Translations under genes and position numbers: made by a program
In this document: piece by piece, positions 10,759 to 23,413 of the stretch
Layout: every line of letters starts with the position of its first letter
How positions within the stretch are numbered: position 1 is the first letter of the stretch
Notes under the pieces: model-generated
Databases searched by the model: none
What the model saw: the letters and a program-made list of their open reading frames with translations, nothing else
What the model was told of the DNA's origin: nothing
Source of the DNA: an uncultured Clostridia bacterium
GTDB lineage: Bacteria > Bacillota > Clostridia > Christensenellales > CAG-917
Assembly: GCA_944349635.1 (NCBI GenBank)
Contig: CALVNH010000001.1
Span: 435,688 to 499,687, forward strand
DNA: 64,000 bases
Reading direction: 5' to 3'

Positions 10759-12087
10759 TCAAAGGGAGTAATTGCTCCTTATGAACAGTTCTATGCTGCG
10801 GGCGGCAAAGCCCGCAAGAAAGCCGTCCTCGCTTTCCGCCATTATGCGGATTTTCTTTTCCGTGCCGCTGGGACGCAACATGATTCTTCCGCGTTCCCCC
10901 AGCATGTCCTCTATCGTGCGGACGTAATCACGCAGGCGTTTGTCGCAAACGATTTTTTCTTTTTCCGCCGTGACGATTTCGGCGTTTACCTGCGGGAAGG
11001 GGCGGCAATCGTTGAGAGCGGAAAGTTTGCCGCCCGAAGCCCGAACCGCATTTGCAAGCACAGCGCCCGCCAGCATTCCGTCACCCGTCTGGGAAAACTC
11101 GCGCAGGATGATGTGTCCCGACTGTTCGCCGCCAACAGACAAACCCTCATCGCACATCTTTTCGATTACGTTGTGGTCTCCGACGTCCGTTCTGACGAGG
11201 GAAATTCCGAGGCTTCCGAGCGCGGCTTCCACTCCCATGTTTGTGTGAATGGTGCCAACCACGGTGTCGTGTGGGAGCCGCCCCTGCGATTTCAGCCTGC
11301 GGGCGAGAATGTAAATTATCATATCTCCGTCCACGACTTTTCCGTTTTCGTCGACGGCAATGACTCTGTCGGCGTCTCCGTCGAAAGAAAAGCCCATATC
11401 CGCGCCCGTACGCAGAACCTCTTTTGCCACGGCGTCCGGGTGCAGGGCACCGCACCCCGCGTTTATCAGGCGTCCGTCGGACGAGTCGTTGACGACAAAC
11501 ACGCAGGCACCCGCGCGGCGGAAAAGCTCCGGAGCAACGGCGCCCGCCGCTCCGTTGGCGCAATCCAGCACTATGTTCAGTCCGTCGAGCTTGCACGCGG
11601 AGCGGAACATTTTGTCGTAACAGGCAAAGGCGTCGTCGCTTCCGACGGTATTGCCGCGGTACTGAGCGTAATATAGTTTGGCTTCGGCAATGTGTTTTTC
11701 CACCTCGATTTCCTTTGATTCGGAGAGCTTTTTGCCGTCATTGCCGAAAATTTTGATTCCGTTGTAGGCGGGAGGATTGTGAGAGGCGCTTATCATTACG
11801 CCGAAAGTCGCGTTTCGACACGCCGTGACGAAAGCAACGCAGGGAGTTGGCACAACCCCCATATCCATGACGTCCGCGCCCGCCGCAAGCGCCCCTTCGC
11901 ACACGGCACGCGCGAGATTGTTCCCGCTGACGCGAGTATCGCGTCCGACGACGACAAGTCCGCCTTTTGCACTCATACCCAGCTTGTTTCCCACCAGCAT
12001 GGCAAGACCGTCGGTGAGTTCTTCACCGTAAATTCCGCGGATTCCGTCCGTTCCGAAATATCTTTTGCACGAGCTGTGATTTGACAT
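10759..12087 (-). CDS. glmM: Phosphoglucosamine mutase
   Basis: YFGTDGIRG, ISASHNP, FDGDADR, GGEQSGH and RPSGTE. Confidence 0.94.
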   Translation of the reverse strand: MSNHSSCKRYFGTDGIRGIYGEELTDGLAMLVGNKLGMSAKGGLVVVGRDTRVSGNNLARAVCEGALAAGADVMDMGVVPTPCVAFVTACRNATFGVMISASHNPPAYNGIKIFGNDGKKLSESKEIEVEKHIAEAKLYYAQYRGNTVGSDDAFACYDKMFRSACKLDGLNIVLDCANGAAGAVAPELFRRAGACVFVVNDSSDGRLINAGCGALHPDAVAKEVLRTGADMGFSFDGDADRVIAVDENGKVVDGDMIIYILARRLKSQGRLPHDTVVGTIHTNMGVEAALGSLGISLVRTDVGDHNVIEKMCDEGLSVGGEQSGHIILREFSQTGDGMLAGAVLANAVRASGGKLSALNDCRPFPQVNAEIVTAEKEKIVCDKRLRDYVRTIEDMLGERGRIMLRPSGTEKKIRIMAESEDGFLAGFAARSIELFIRSNYSL

Positions 12088-12160
12088 AGTGCAAATATAT
12101 TCCGCAAGAAGGACGCAGGTTAAAAAATCGGGAAAAAAATAAAAATTTTTGCAAAAACTA

Positions 12161-12188
12161 TTGACAAGGACACAAAGAGTGTTACAAT
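12161..12188 (+). promoter_or_regulatory. sigA promoter of hsp20
   Basis: TTGACA-16-TACAAT with TG extension. Confidence 0.75.
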
Positions 12189-12189
12189 A

Positions 12190-12216
12190 TTAGCAGTCGA
12201 TGGCGATGATTGCTAA
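12190..12216. promoter_or_regulatory. CIRCE element (HrcA operator)
   Basis: TTAGCAGTC-N9-GATTGCTAA against the consensus TTAGCACTC-N9-GAGTGCTAA, at the TSS of a small heat-shock gene. Confidence 0.9.
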
Positions 12217-12285
12217 CAAACAAACAGCAGGAGTGCCAACATCGCCGGGGACACAATAATACGTTACTTAAAGGAGTGTGCAAAT

Positions 12286-12720
12286 ATGAAAAACTATCTT
12301 ACCGGCTACAACCGTTCGAACAATTCTCTCGACTTCTTCGAAAACGCTTTTGACGACTTCTTCCGTCCGCTGTTTTACGACGAGAAGTTCGACTCCATGA
12401 AGACGGACATAAAGGAGACTCCCAACGCGTACGAACTCGACGTCGAGATGCCCGGATTTGACAAGGAAGACATTTCCGTGAGCGTCGAAAACGGCTATAT
12501 GACCGTTCGCGCCGAGAAGAAAGAAAAAGAAGAGAGCGGCAAAGAAGAGAAGCGTTATGTCAGAAAAGAGCGCAGCGTCTCTTGCCAGAGAAGCTATTAC
12601 ATCGGCGACACCGAGGAAGACACCATCAAGGCGAAATACGAAAACGGACTGCTGACCGTCACCGTGCCCAAGAAGGAAGAAAAGAAGCCCGAAGGCAAGA
12701 AAAGCATTTCCATCGAATGA
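12286..12720 (+). CDS. Small heat shock protein (Hsp20/alpha-crystallin, Hsp18-like)
   Basis: TDIKET, EMPGFDKEDI, ER, AKYENGLLTVTVPK and C-terminal ISIE motif. Confidence 0.94.
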   Translation: MKNYLTGYNRSNNSLDFFENAFDDFFRPLFYDEKFDSMKTDIKETPNAYELDVEMPGFDKEDISVSVENGYMTVRAEKKEKEESGKEEKRYVRKERSVSCQRSYYIGDTEEDTIKAKYENGLLTVTVPKKEEKKPEGKKSISIE

Positions 12721-12764
12721 CAAAAACGCCGCTTTAAGCGCGAAAAAACATCGGATAAACACAT

Positions 12765-12801
12765 AAAAGAGGCGGTTTGCTTTATGCGAACCGCTTCTTT
12801 T
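12765..12801. terminator. Bidirectional intrinsic terminator
   Basis: AAAAGAGGCGGTTTGC-loop-GCGAACCGCTTCTTTT between convergent genes. Confidence 0.75.
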
Positions 12802-12827
12802 GCATTTTTGAAAACACATAGGCGCCG

Positions 12828-13862
12828 TCAAAACGGAGGAGAAAGAGAAAGCCTTTCGGAGAGAGCTGCGAGAGCTCCGCTTTCGTATGCGGTCACGCGC
12901 AACACGCACTCGGTATCGGGCAAAAACGCGGAAACGTCGGCCTCCGTTTCCGAGGTCGTGACAACGCGAACTCCGTTGACGGAAACGACAAAGAGAGCGC
13001 CCCGCGCAAGGTTTTCCGCAGACCACGAGAGTATGCCGTCCGTACAGACGAGATTTCCGACAGACGGTCGAGGCGCGCAGAGTGACAGTGCGAAAGGTGA
13101 TGATTCGGAGGTGACGTCGGCGGCAAAGACGGACACCGTTACGGTGCATTCGTCGGTGAAGAGGTCGCTCATGTTTGCGAAAACGACAAGCGTGCCGTCG
13201 GCGGAAAGTTCGGCGTAAAACTCTGCTTCTTTACCGTCGAAGCACAGAGAACCCGTTTCTCCCGCCGCGGGCAGGGCGGCTTGTGCGAAGCCTTGCGCGT
13301 CGGAAGATTGAGCGCTTACGCCGAAAGCGTCTGCCTCTTTGTCCACGGAGAATGCAAGAACGGTTTTGCCGTTGTCGCGGATTATGCCGAATATTTCCGG
13401 CACGGAGAGGGTTGCGGGCGGAACGGGTTCTTCGTCGCCTTCACCGCCTTCTTCCGGCGGAGTTTCGCCTTCGTCGTCGGGGTCCGACGGGTTTTCGCCC
13501 TCTTCGGGCGGTTCTTCCGCAGGAGAAGAAAGTTTTGCCGTCACATTCATATCGTAAGCCGTTCCCGTTACTTTGTAATAATCGGGAGAAAACGTATAGC
13601 CTTCGGCGAAAAAGCCCACGACGTCGTTGTAAACGAGCCCCGTCAAAGAGTAAATCCCGTCGCGTTGCGTCTTTGTAACGGGTTCGCCGTTGACGAGCAC
13701 GGACACTCCTTCCACGGGCTTTCCGTCACAGGTGACGATACCCGCAACCGCGTATCCCGTTTCCACGGACGATGCGGGCGGTCGGTCGCAGGCGCAGAGA
13801 ACCGTCGCGCCCGTCAGCGCAATCGCGAAGGCAAGAATCAAAACAAAAGCATGTTTTTTCAT
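12828..13862 (-). CDS. Lipoprotein with carboxypeptidase-regulatory-like and Fn3-like beta-sandwich domains
   Basis: Lipobox LCAC; GIVTCDGKPVEGVSV...TQRDGIYSLTGL; E/P-rich linker; GILSW repeat. Confidence 0.65.
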   Translation of the reverse strand: MKKHAFVLILAFAIALTGATVLCACDRPPASSVETGYAVAGIVTCDGKPVEGVSVLVNGEPVTKTQRDGIYSLTGLVYNDVVGFFAEGYTFSPDYYKVTGTAYDMNVTAKLSSPAEEPPEEGENPSDPDDEGETPPEEGGEGDEEPVPPATLSVPEIFGIIRDNGKTVLAFSVDKEADAFGVSAQSSDAQGFAQAALPAAGETGSLCFDGKEAEFYAELSADGTLVVFANMSDLFTDECTVTVSVFAADVTSESSPFALSLCAPRPSVGNLVCTDGILSWSAENLARGALFVVSVNGVRVVTTSETEADVSAFLPDTECVLRVTAYESGALAALSERLSLSPPF

Positions 13863-14749
13863 AGGACGATTTCTCCGTTGACCACAGAGAAACTCAGAGT
13901 TTTCGCGGAGCCCTCTTCCGTGTTGCGGACGGCTTTGACTTTAAGTGTGTAGGAGCCGTCGCCACAGAGTGCGGACGTGATGTCCGCAAACGTATGTTCG
14001 GTGAAGAAACGTCCAGTGCAGGTGCCGTCGCGATAGACGTAGCAGACAAACGCTTCCGCTGAGGGGTCGGTGTCGCACCAGCTTGCCAACAGCCTGTCGG
14101 GAAGCGCGCACAGAGTGACGGCATACGGTGCCGCGGGCGGAAGTTCGAAAGAAAAGTTCAGAATGGCGGGAGCGGAAGGAAGCAGGAGTTCGTCGTCCGA
14201 AAACGCGGTGACGGTTGCCGCAAAATCGCCGCTGTCGGCAAGAAGAGGAGAAAGGTCGAAGAGAGAATCGGAGCAAACCCCGACGTAAACGCCGTTCAAA
14301 GTTATTTCGTAACGGGTGGCGCCCGCCGTCGGTTTCCATGACAGGATTCCGCCGGACAGGGAAAGCAACGAGGGAGAGGGAAGCGGTGCGGAAAAGTCGA
14401 AAGACACGCTCTCTTTCAGTGCGGAGCCGTCGTCGAATACCGCCTGCAAAGAAAACGAATATTTTCCGCCGCCTTGCAAAAATCCGCTCACGTCAACGGA
14501 GCGGAAAGACGACGGCATGGAAACGAGGACTTCGCCGTCGGCGGAGAGCAACAGAAATTCTCTGGCGCCGGGAACGGGGTTCCACGACAAAAACGCGCCT
14601 TGCGCGGAAACGTCTGCGCGGAGGGATAACGGAAACTCGGCGATTGCCGTACCCTCCCCGAAAGGCAACAACGCTGAAACGGCGACGACGGCAATGCACA
14701 AAAAGCAGAAGACCGCGCGCCGAAATTTCGTCTTCCGTAAAATATTCAT
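13859..14749 (-). CDS. Secreted protein with about three Fn3-like repeats
   Basis: Signal peptide; repeats AFLSWNPVPGA, GILSWKPTAGATRYEI and LLASWCD...GDGSYTLKVKAV; 4-bp overlap with the next gene. Confidence 0.65.
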   Translation of the reverse strand: MNILRKTKFRRAVFCFLCIAVVAVSALLPFGEGTAIAEFPLSLRADVSAQGAFLSWNPVPGAREFLLLSADGEVLVSMPSSFRSVDVSGFLQGGGKYSFSLQAVFDDGSALKESVSFDFSAPLPSPSLLSLSGGILSWKPTAGATRYEITLNGVYVGVCSDSLFDLSPLLADSGDFAATVTAFSDDELLLPSAPAILNFSFELPPAAPYAVTLCALPDRLLASWCDTDPSAEAFVCYVYRDGTCTGRFFTEHTFADITSALCGDGSYTLKVKAVRNTEEGSAKTLSFSVVNGEIVL

Positions 14750-14843
14750 AACCCTTGCCCAATCCGATTACAGAGTATTACAGCGCGTCGGAAATGTCAA
14801 TAACCCCTTTGGCGGGAAGCCGCAAGAAAATGTTTCAAAAAAG

Positions 14844-14872
14844 TTGATTTTGGCTTATTATACTGTTATAAT
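14844..14872 (+). promoter_or_regulatory. sigA promoter of gyrBA
   Basis: TTGATT-17-TATAAT with TG extension. Confidence 0.7.
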
Positions 14873-14911
14873 TATCTTAACTATCTTTATTGATATTAAA
14901 TATAGTAATAA

Positions 14912-16846
<1,935 letters not shown>

Positions 16847-16858
16847 GGAGAAAGAACG

Positions 16859-19426
16859 ATGAGTACAAATCAGAAAGACAAAGAATATCTCGAACATCTC
16901 GCCGACAGTAAAATCGTCAACGTCGAGGTGGAAAACGAACTCAAAAAGTCCTTTATCTCCTATGCAATGGCGGTCAACGTGTCGCGTGCCATTCCCGATG
17001 TCCGCGACGGTTTGAAACCCGTTCACAGAAGAATCCTGTACGCCATGAGCGAACTCAACCTCACTCCCGACAAGCCTTACCGCAAGAGCGCAATGGTGGT
17101 CGGCGAAGTGCTTGGCAAATATCACCCTCACGGCGACAGCTCAGTCTACGACGCCATGGTAAGACTGGCGCAGGACTTCTCCATCAGATGCCCCCTCGTG
17201 GACGGACACGGCAACTTCGGCTCCGTGGACGGAGACCCTCCCGCGGCATACCGTTACACCGAAGCGCGTCTTTCCAAGATAGCGTTGGAAATGATTCGCG
17301 ACATCGATAAGAAGACCGTGGATTTCTATCCCAACTTCGACGACACGCGCGAACAACCCGTGGTGTTGCCGTCGCGTTTTCCCAACCTGCTCGTCAACGG
17401 TTCCGACGGAATAGCGGTCGGCATGGCGACCAGCATACCTCCCCACAACCTCGGCGAGGTCATCGACGCCACGATTGCGCTCATTAAGAATCCCGAACTC
17501 GAAGTGGACGACCTCATGGAATACATTCCCGCGCCAGACTATCCCACGGCGGGGCTTGTGCTGGGCAGAGCGGCAATCAGGCAGGCGTACCGCACGGGGC
17601 GCGGTGGAGCGGTGCTTCGCGCCAGGACGGAAATCGAAGAGCTTGCCGGCGGAAAGAGCCGTATCGTCATCACGGAGATTCCCTATCAGGTCAACAAAGC
17701 GAAACTCATCGAAAACATCGCCGACCAGGTCAAGGACAAGCGTCTCGAAGGCATTTCCGACATCAGCGAAGAAACCGACCGCACGGGAATGCGCATCGTC
17801 ATCGACATCAAAAAGGATTACAACCCGCAAGTCGTGCTCAATCAGCTGTTCAAGCAGACCAATCTGCAAATCAGCAATTCCATAATTCTGCTTGCTCTCG
17901 TTGACGGAGTGCCCCGCATTCTCAACCTCAAACAGATTCTGGAAAATTACGTTGCGCATCAGGAGGACGTCATCGTCCGTCGCACGAAGTTCGACCTCGA
18001 AAAAGCCGAGGAGAGAGAACATATTCTCAACGGACTCGCCATTGCTCTCGCCAACATCGACGAGGTGGTCGATTTGCTCAAAAAGAGCGCGGACAGACAG
18101 GCGGCAATCGACAACCTCATGGAAAGATTCCTGCTTTCCGAAAAGCAGTCCGTGGCAATTCTGGAAATGCGTCTGCAAAGGCTCACCGGACTCGAAGTGG
18201 AAAAAATCAACGAGGAACTGGAACAGAAGCGTGAGGAAATCAAGGAGTACAAGCGCATTCTCGCGTCCGAAGAGGCGGTCAAGGAAATCATCGTAAACGA
18301 ACTTACCGAAATCAAGGAGACATACGGTACCCCCAGACTTTCCGAACTCAGCTACGACTATTCCGAAATCAACATTGCCGACCTCATCGACAAAGAAGAC
18401 ATCGTCGTGTCGATGACTCACGGCGGCTATATCAAGCGTCTTGCCGTTGCCGAGTATCATTCCCAGAGACGCGGCGGAATGGGCATAACGGCCCACAAGG
18501 CAAAGGACGACGACTTTGTGGAGCACATCTTCGTCAGCAATACGCATCAGGATATCATGTTCTTCACCAATATGGGCAAAGCGTTCACGATGAAGGGCTA
18601 CGAAATCCCCGAAGCCGGCAGAACGTCGCGCGGTCGCGCAATCATCAATCTGCTGCAACTCGTTCCCGGCGAAAAAGTGCAGGCGTTGCTCGCCTTGCCC
18701 GAGGAGCGCGAGGGATATTATCTTATGCTTGCCACCAAGAACGGGCTCATCAAGAAGACCCCGCTGTCGGAATTCGCGTCCATCAAGCGCAACGGGAAGA
18801 TTGCCATCAAGTTCAACGAGGACGACGAACTCATCGAAGCCGTGCTCACCAACGGCGACGACCAACTCATAATGGCTTCCAGCGAGGGCTATTGCATCAG
18901 ATTCAACGAACGCGACGTCCGTCCCACGGGCAGAACGGCAATGGGCGTGAAGTCAATGAGATTGCCCGAAGGCTACAAGATGGTTGACCTTGCCGTCATC
19001 AAGGAGGACAGCGAAATACTCACCGTGACGTCGCAAGGCTACGGCAAACGCAGCAGTGTGGCGGATTATCCGTTGCAGGGCAGAGCCGGCAAGGGCGTCA
19101 AGGCGGGCGTGTTCAACGAGAAGACGGGCGTGCTCACGGGTCTGAAAGTCATTCCCGCAGACACCGACGTGATGATGATAACCGACAGCGGCATAATCAT
19201 CAGGGTGCAGGCCAACGGTATTTCCAAGCTAGGAAGAGCAACGCAAGGCGTCCGCATCATGAAACTCAAAGACGAAAACGCCAAAGTGGCAGGCATCGCA
19301 CTCACGCCTCACGAGGACGAGGAAGAGGAGCCCGAACAGGGCGCCGAAGGTGCGGCGGAAGGCGCTGCGGAAGCTCCTGCGGAACAAGCCGCAACAAGTC
19401 CTGACGAAAGCGGAGAAAACGCATAA
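16859..19426 (+). CDS. gyrA: DNA gyrase subunit A
   Basis: [24 protein letters not shown]; GyrA box QRRGGMG is present, which argues against ParC; acidic tail. Confidence 0.96.
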   Translation: MSTNQKDKEYLEHLADSKIVNVEVENELKKSFISYAMAVNVSRAIPDVRDGLKPVHRRILYAMSELNLTPDKPYRKSAMVVGEVLGKYHPHGDSSVYDAMVRLAQDFSIRCPLVDGHGNFGSVDGDPPAAYRYTEARLSKIALEMIRDIDKKTVDFYPNFDDTREQPVVLPSRFPNLLVNGSDGIAVGMATSIPPHNLGEVIDATIALIKNPELEVDDLMEYIPAPDYPTAGLVLGRAAIRQAYRTGRGGAVLRARTEIEELAGGKSRIVITEIPYQVNKAKLIENIADQVKDKRLEGISDISEETDRTGMRIVIDIKKDYNPQVVLNQLFKQTNLQISNSIILLALVDGVPRILNLKQILENYVAHQEDVIVRRTKFDLEKAEEREHILNGLAIALANIDEVVDLLKKSADRQAAIDNLMERFLLSEKQSVAILEMRLQRLTGLEVEKINEELEQKREEIKEYKRILASEEAVKEIIVNELTEIKETYGTPRLSELSYDYSEINIADLIDKEDIVVSMTHGGYIKRLAVAEYHSQRRGGMGITAHKAKDDDFVEHIFVSNTHQDIMFFTNMGKAFTMKGYEIPEAGRTSRGRAIINLLQLVPGEKVQALLALPEEREGYYLMLATKNGLIKKTPLSEFASIKRNGKIAIKFNEDDELIEAVLTNGDDQLIMASSEGYCIRFNERDVRPTGRTAMGVKSMRLPEGYKMVDLAVIKEDSEILTVTSQGYGKRSSVADYPLQGRAGKGVKAGVFNEKTGVLTGLKVIPADTDVMMITDSGIIIRVQANGISKLGRATQGVRIMKLKDENAKVAGIALTPHEDEEEEPEQGAEGAAEGAAEAPAEQAATSPDESGENA

Positions 19427-19443
19427 CCGAACGATAATCGATG

Positions 19444-19470
19444 CAAAACGGCGGAAAAACCGCCGTTTTG
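19444..19470 (+). terminator. Intrinsic terminator after gyrA
   Basis: CAAAACGGCGG-AAAAA-CCGCCGTTTTG followed by T-rich sequence. Confidence 0.75.
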
Positions 19471-19769
19471 TTATGTTTGATGCACTGCTTACCATGCGCG
19501 AAAAGTGCTTTCGTTCGGTGCGCAAGTCCTCGTCCGTTCCGTTCGGCGCAAAGAGCGGAGCGCCTCGTTTGCGGCAAAAGATTTCGGTGTGTCCGTCGAA
19601 CGGAATGCGTAAAAAACGGGAGTTGTTTTTCAAAGAATATTGAAAGAAAAGGGTAAATTTGTTAATATATTGTAGGTCGGTGCGCACGCGCACCTGTTTT
19701 CCGCGCGTCCGTGCGCTCTTGTGTGCAAGACGGGAACGGCGGCGCGGCGAAAAGGACGAAGGAGAGATT

Positions 19770-21440
19770 ATGAAAAAGACTTGGTTCAAAGAATTGTCCG
19801 TTTATCAGATTTGGCCGCGCAGTTTTTGCGACGGCAACGGCGACGGAATAGGCGACCTCAAAGGCGTGCTCGGCAAGCTGGATTACATAAAGAGCCTGGG
19901 CGTGGACGCGATATGGTTTTCGCCGCTTTACGCGTCCCCGCAGAAGGACTACGGCTACGACATCTCCGATTACCGTGCGATAGCTCCAGAATACGGCACT
20001 ATGGACGACTTCAGGGCAGTGCTCGAAGGCGCGCACGCAAGAGGACTCAAAGTGGTGATGGATTTGGTTGTCAACCACACTTCCGACCGGCACGAGTGGT
20101 TCAAAAAGAGTGCGGCGGGAGACCCGAAATACAAGGATTATTACATCTGGCGTCCCGGCAGGGGCAAGGACGGGAAAAAGTTCCCCAACAACTGGATGGC
20201 GACATTCCCCGGCGACGGCTGGCAATGGAACGAAGAAAGAGGGGAATATTATCTGCATCTTTTCGCCGTCGAACAGCCCGACCTCAATCACGACAATCCC
20301 GCCGTTCGCGAAGAGGTCAAAAGCATAATGCGTTTCTGGTTGGACATGGGTGTGGACGGCTTCCGTGAGGACGTCATCACCTATATCAGCAAGAGGGAAG
20401 GACTGCCGAACGGGTTTCCGTTGCCCGTCATGCGCGGAATGGAGCATTACAGCCCCGGTCCCAACATTCACAAATATCTTCTCGAATACAGGCAGGTGCT
20501 CAAAGATTACGACGCGTTCCAGCTGGGCGAAGCGCCCATGATGACGCCGAAGAACGCGTTGAAATACATCACCGAGGGCGACAATCAGCAGCTTGACATG
20601 ATGTTTCAGTTCCAGACAATGGAGGCGGACTGTCTGTTCATAAGCTACATCCGCACGAAATTCCGTCTGCGCAAACTGAAAAAGGTGTACGAACGCTGGC
20701 AGACCAAGCTTTTTGGCAAGGCGTGGAACACCAACTATCTCGAAAATCACGACCAGCCCCGCATAATTTCGCGATACGGCAGCGAGAAGTTCCGCGTGGA
20801 AAGCGGCAAGGCGCTTGCCACGATGTACACGTTTATGTCGGGTACGCACTTCGTCTATCAGGGGCAGGAAATCGGAATGACGGACTATCCGTTCAAGGAT
20901 TGGAGCGATTTCACGGACGTCGCCACGTTCTGTGCAAAAGAGCTTATGGAAAAGACGCACCTTTTCGGCGCGAAAAAAATCTTTGAAAACTGTGCGTACG
21001 CCGCGCGCGACAATTCCCGCACGCCCGTGCAGTGGAGCGCGGAAGAAAATGCGGGCTTTACCACGGGCACGCCGTGGTTCCACGTCAATCCCAACTACAA
21101 GGAAATCAACGTGGCGGCGGCAGAGAAAGACCCCGACAGCCTGCTGAACTATTACCGCACCGTCATCGCCCTGCGCAAGGAGTACAAGGATGCGGCAATT
21201 TACGGCAGATTCGTTCAGCACATGAAATGCGACAAACACGTCATGGTCTACGACAAGATAGCGGAGGACGGTTCCAAGCTCACCGTTGTCACCAATATGT
21301 CCGATAAGTCCGTGTCGGCACACCGCGCCGCGAAGTTCGTCCCCGCAGGCGCAAAAAGACTTGCCGGCACCTACAACGGCTCTATGGCGGCAGTGCTCAA
21401 ACCCTACGAAGCGCACGTCTATTTCACGTCCGCAAAATGA
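19770..21440 (+). CDS. GH13 alpha-glucosidase / oligo-1,6-glucosidase
   Basis: YQIWPRSF, DLVVNHTS, QPDLN, DGFREDV and LENHDQPR; AAGGAG RBS before ATG 19770. Confidence 0.92.
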   Translation: MKKTWFKELSVYQIWPRSFCDGNGDGIGDLKGVLGKLDYIKSLGVDAIWFSPLYASPQKDYGYDISDYRAIAPEYGTMDDFRAVLEGAHARGLKVVMDLVVNHTSDRHEWFKKSAAGDPKYKDYYIWRPGRGKDGKKFPNNWMATFPGDGWQWNEERGEYYLHLFAVEQPDLNHDNPAVREEVKSIMRFWLDMGVDGFREDVITYISKREGLPNGFPLPVMRGMEHYSPGPNIHKYLLEYRQVLKDYDAFQLGEAPMMTPKNALKYITEGDNQQLDMMFQFQTMEADCLFISYIRTKFRLRKLKKVYERWQTKLFGKAWNTNYLENHDQPRIISRYGSEKFRVESGKALATMYTFMSGTHFVYQGQEIGMTDYPFKDWSDFTDVATFCAKELMEKTHLFGAKKIFENCAYAARDNSRTPVQWSAEENAGFTTGTPWFHVNPNYKEINVAAAEKDPDSLLNYYRTVIALRKEYKDAAIYGRFVQHMKCDKHVMVYDKIAEDGSKLTVVTNMSDKSVSAHRAAKFVPAGAKRLAGTYNGSMAAVLKPYEAHVYFTSAK

Positions 21441-21525
21441 CGGGATTACGCCGCGGAAGGCATGTCCCGACGGACGGCGACGGTGAGTCGAAAACAACGA
21501 TAAATTCAAAAACAAGGAGTTTATT

Positions 21526-23148
21526 ATGCAAAAACGAAACAAAATGTGTCCGTTTTGTTATTTGAGAAAGATGTTCGCGGGAGCGCCGAAAGTTTCGGAA
21601 AGGCAGTTTCCGCCCTATGAAAACGGCGTGAGAAAAACGCCTCTCATGGGATGGTCCAGCTGGAATACTTTCCGCAACAGAATCAGCCACGAACTGATTG
21701 TTGAAACGGCAAAAGCAATGAAGGAAAAGGGCTTGCTCGACGCGGGGTACGGTTACGTCAATCTGGACGACAACTGGCACTCGAACCTCCGCGACGACAA
21801 TGGCGAATGGCAGGGCGACCTGGTGCGGTTTTCCAAAGGCATTCCCGCGCTCGTGAAGGAAGTCAACGATTTGGGATTCAAAGTCGGGCTGTATTCCTCC
21901 AACGGGACGCTGACCTGCGAGGATTTGCCCGCCAGTCTGCACCGCGAGGAAGCGGACGCGCGCACTCTCGCGAAATGGGGAGTGGAATACTTCAAGTACG
22001 ATTTTTGCCACAACGAGAAGATTTCGTCTTATGCGCCTCTCGTCTATGCGTTGGAGGTGGCTCCTCTCGGCGGTGGGGAAAGCAAAGAGATTCAGGTGTC
22101 AAACGCCCTGCTCAAAGGGCTTGCCCGCAGAATGAAGAGCAAGGAGCTTCCCGGCGGGCTTTACGTTTCCGGGCTGGACTCCGGGTCGGGCAGGCTGATT
22201 TTCGACAACGTGACCGTGGACAAGGCGGGAAAGTACGTGCTTACGGTCTGCATAAAGAAGCACGGGCGTTACGAAAAATATCTTGCCGTGGACGTCAACG
22301 GCAAACCGTGCGGCGGCATAGATTTTCCTCCGCAGAAAAAGTACAACGTCACGGCGCGTTTTCAGATTGTCGCGGAACTTGTCGCGGGCAGAAACACCGT
22401 GGAGCTTTACAATCCCGTGACCGATTCTCCCGCCAGCGCGGCAATTCAGTACCGCAAAATGGCGTACGCGCTTAAAAAAGCGACGAAGCAGGTTGCCGAG
22501 CAGACGGGACAACCCGAAAAACCCATTTTGTTCTCCATTTGCGAATGGGGATTCCGCAAGCCCTGGAAATGGGGTTACAGCGCTGGCAATATGTGGCGCA
22601 CCACGCCCGACATCCGTCCCTGGTGGCACTGGATTAAAATCATTTACGAGCGCAACGTAAAACTGCACGGTTATGCGTCGGCGGGTCACTTCAACGACCC
22701 CGACATGCTGGAAGTCGGCAACGGCAAACTGACTTACGAGCAGAACATGTCGCACTTTGCGCTCTGGTGTATGATGAGTGCGCCGCTTGTTCTGGGCAAC
22801 GACATTCGCAACGTTTCCAAACCCGTGCTTGACATAGTGACCAACAAAGGATTGATAGCCGTCAACCAGGACGCGCTTGCCAAACAGGCAAAGAGGGTGC
22901 GCAAGGGGTGCGTGGACGTGCTTGCCAAACCGCTTGCCGACGGTAGCACCGCGGTGTGCTTCTTCAACAAGACCGGTTTTTCGCGCAAGAGTTCTTTCAA
23001 CCTTGCTCCGCTGTGCCGCGACGATTATGTCGCAATGCCCGAACTAAAAGGCGAATGCAAGGTGCTGGCGGGCAAAGCCGAGCTGAAAGACGGCAAGTTG
23101 AGTGCGACTCTCGCGCCCGACGGAGTGGCTGTCGTCAGAATAAGATAG
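21526..23148 (+). CDS. GH27 alpha-galactosidase with internal CBM-like insertion
   Basis: TPLMGWSSWN, NLDDNW, KYDFC (nucleophile), SICEWG, WRTTPDI (acid/base) and NDPDMLEVG. Confidence 0.9.
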   Translation: MQKRNKMCPFCYLRKMFAGAPKVSERQFPPYENGVRKTPLMGWSSWNTFRNRISHELIVETAKAMKEKGLLDAGYGYVNLDDNWHSNLRDDNGEWQGDLVRFSKGIPALVKEVNDLGFKVGLYSSNGTLTCEDLPASLHREEADARTLAKWGVEYFKYDFCHNEKISSYAPLVYALEVAPLGGGESKEIQVSNALLKGLARRMKSKELPGGLYVSGLDSGSGRLIFDNVTVDKAGKYVLTVCIKKHGRYEKYLAVDVNGKPCGGIDFPPQKKYNVTARFQIVAELVAGRNTVELYNPVTDSPASAAIQYRKMAYALKKATKQVAEQTGQPEKPILFSICEWGFRKPWKWGYSAGNMWRTTPDIRPWWHWIKIIYERNVKLHGYASAGHFNDPDMLEVGNGKLTYEQNMSHFALWCMMSAPLVLGNDIRNVSKPVLDIVTNKGLIAVNQDALAKQAKRVRKGCVDVLAKPLADGSTAVCFFNKTGFSRKSSFNLAPLCRDDYVAMPELKGECKVLAGKAELKDGKLSATLAPDGVAVVRIR

Positions 23149-23188
23149 CAGGCAAAACAGAGAAACGTCCGCATGTCGGACGACAACG

Positions 23189-23214
23189 AAAAGCGGGCTT
23201 CGGGCCCGCTTTTA
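23189..23214. terminator. Bidirectional intrinsic terminator
   Basis: AAAAGCGGGC-TTCGG-GCCCGCTTTT. Confidence 0.75.
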
Positions 23215-23413
23215 TTGTTGTGAACAAAGATGCGGCATCGGCAAGGGCGACGAAAAGGACTACTCAAAAACGATGTTTGCCGAGGTCGCACGGGGTCGAC
23301 GCCAGACGGCGCGGAAATCCGCTTCGTCGCACACGTTGCGATTCGCGCCCGCGACAATGTCTTTGCCGCGGAGCTTTTGAGCGAGAGCGTATGTCGGCGG
23401 GCGTCGCTTTCCG

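Noticed and set aside
16859-19426. parE/parC instead of gyrB/gyrA
   Set aside because: An intact GyrA box (QRRGGMG) is present.
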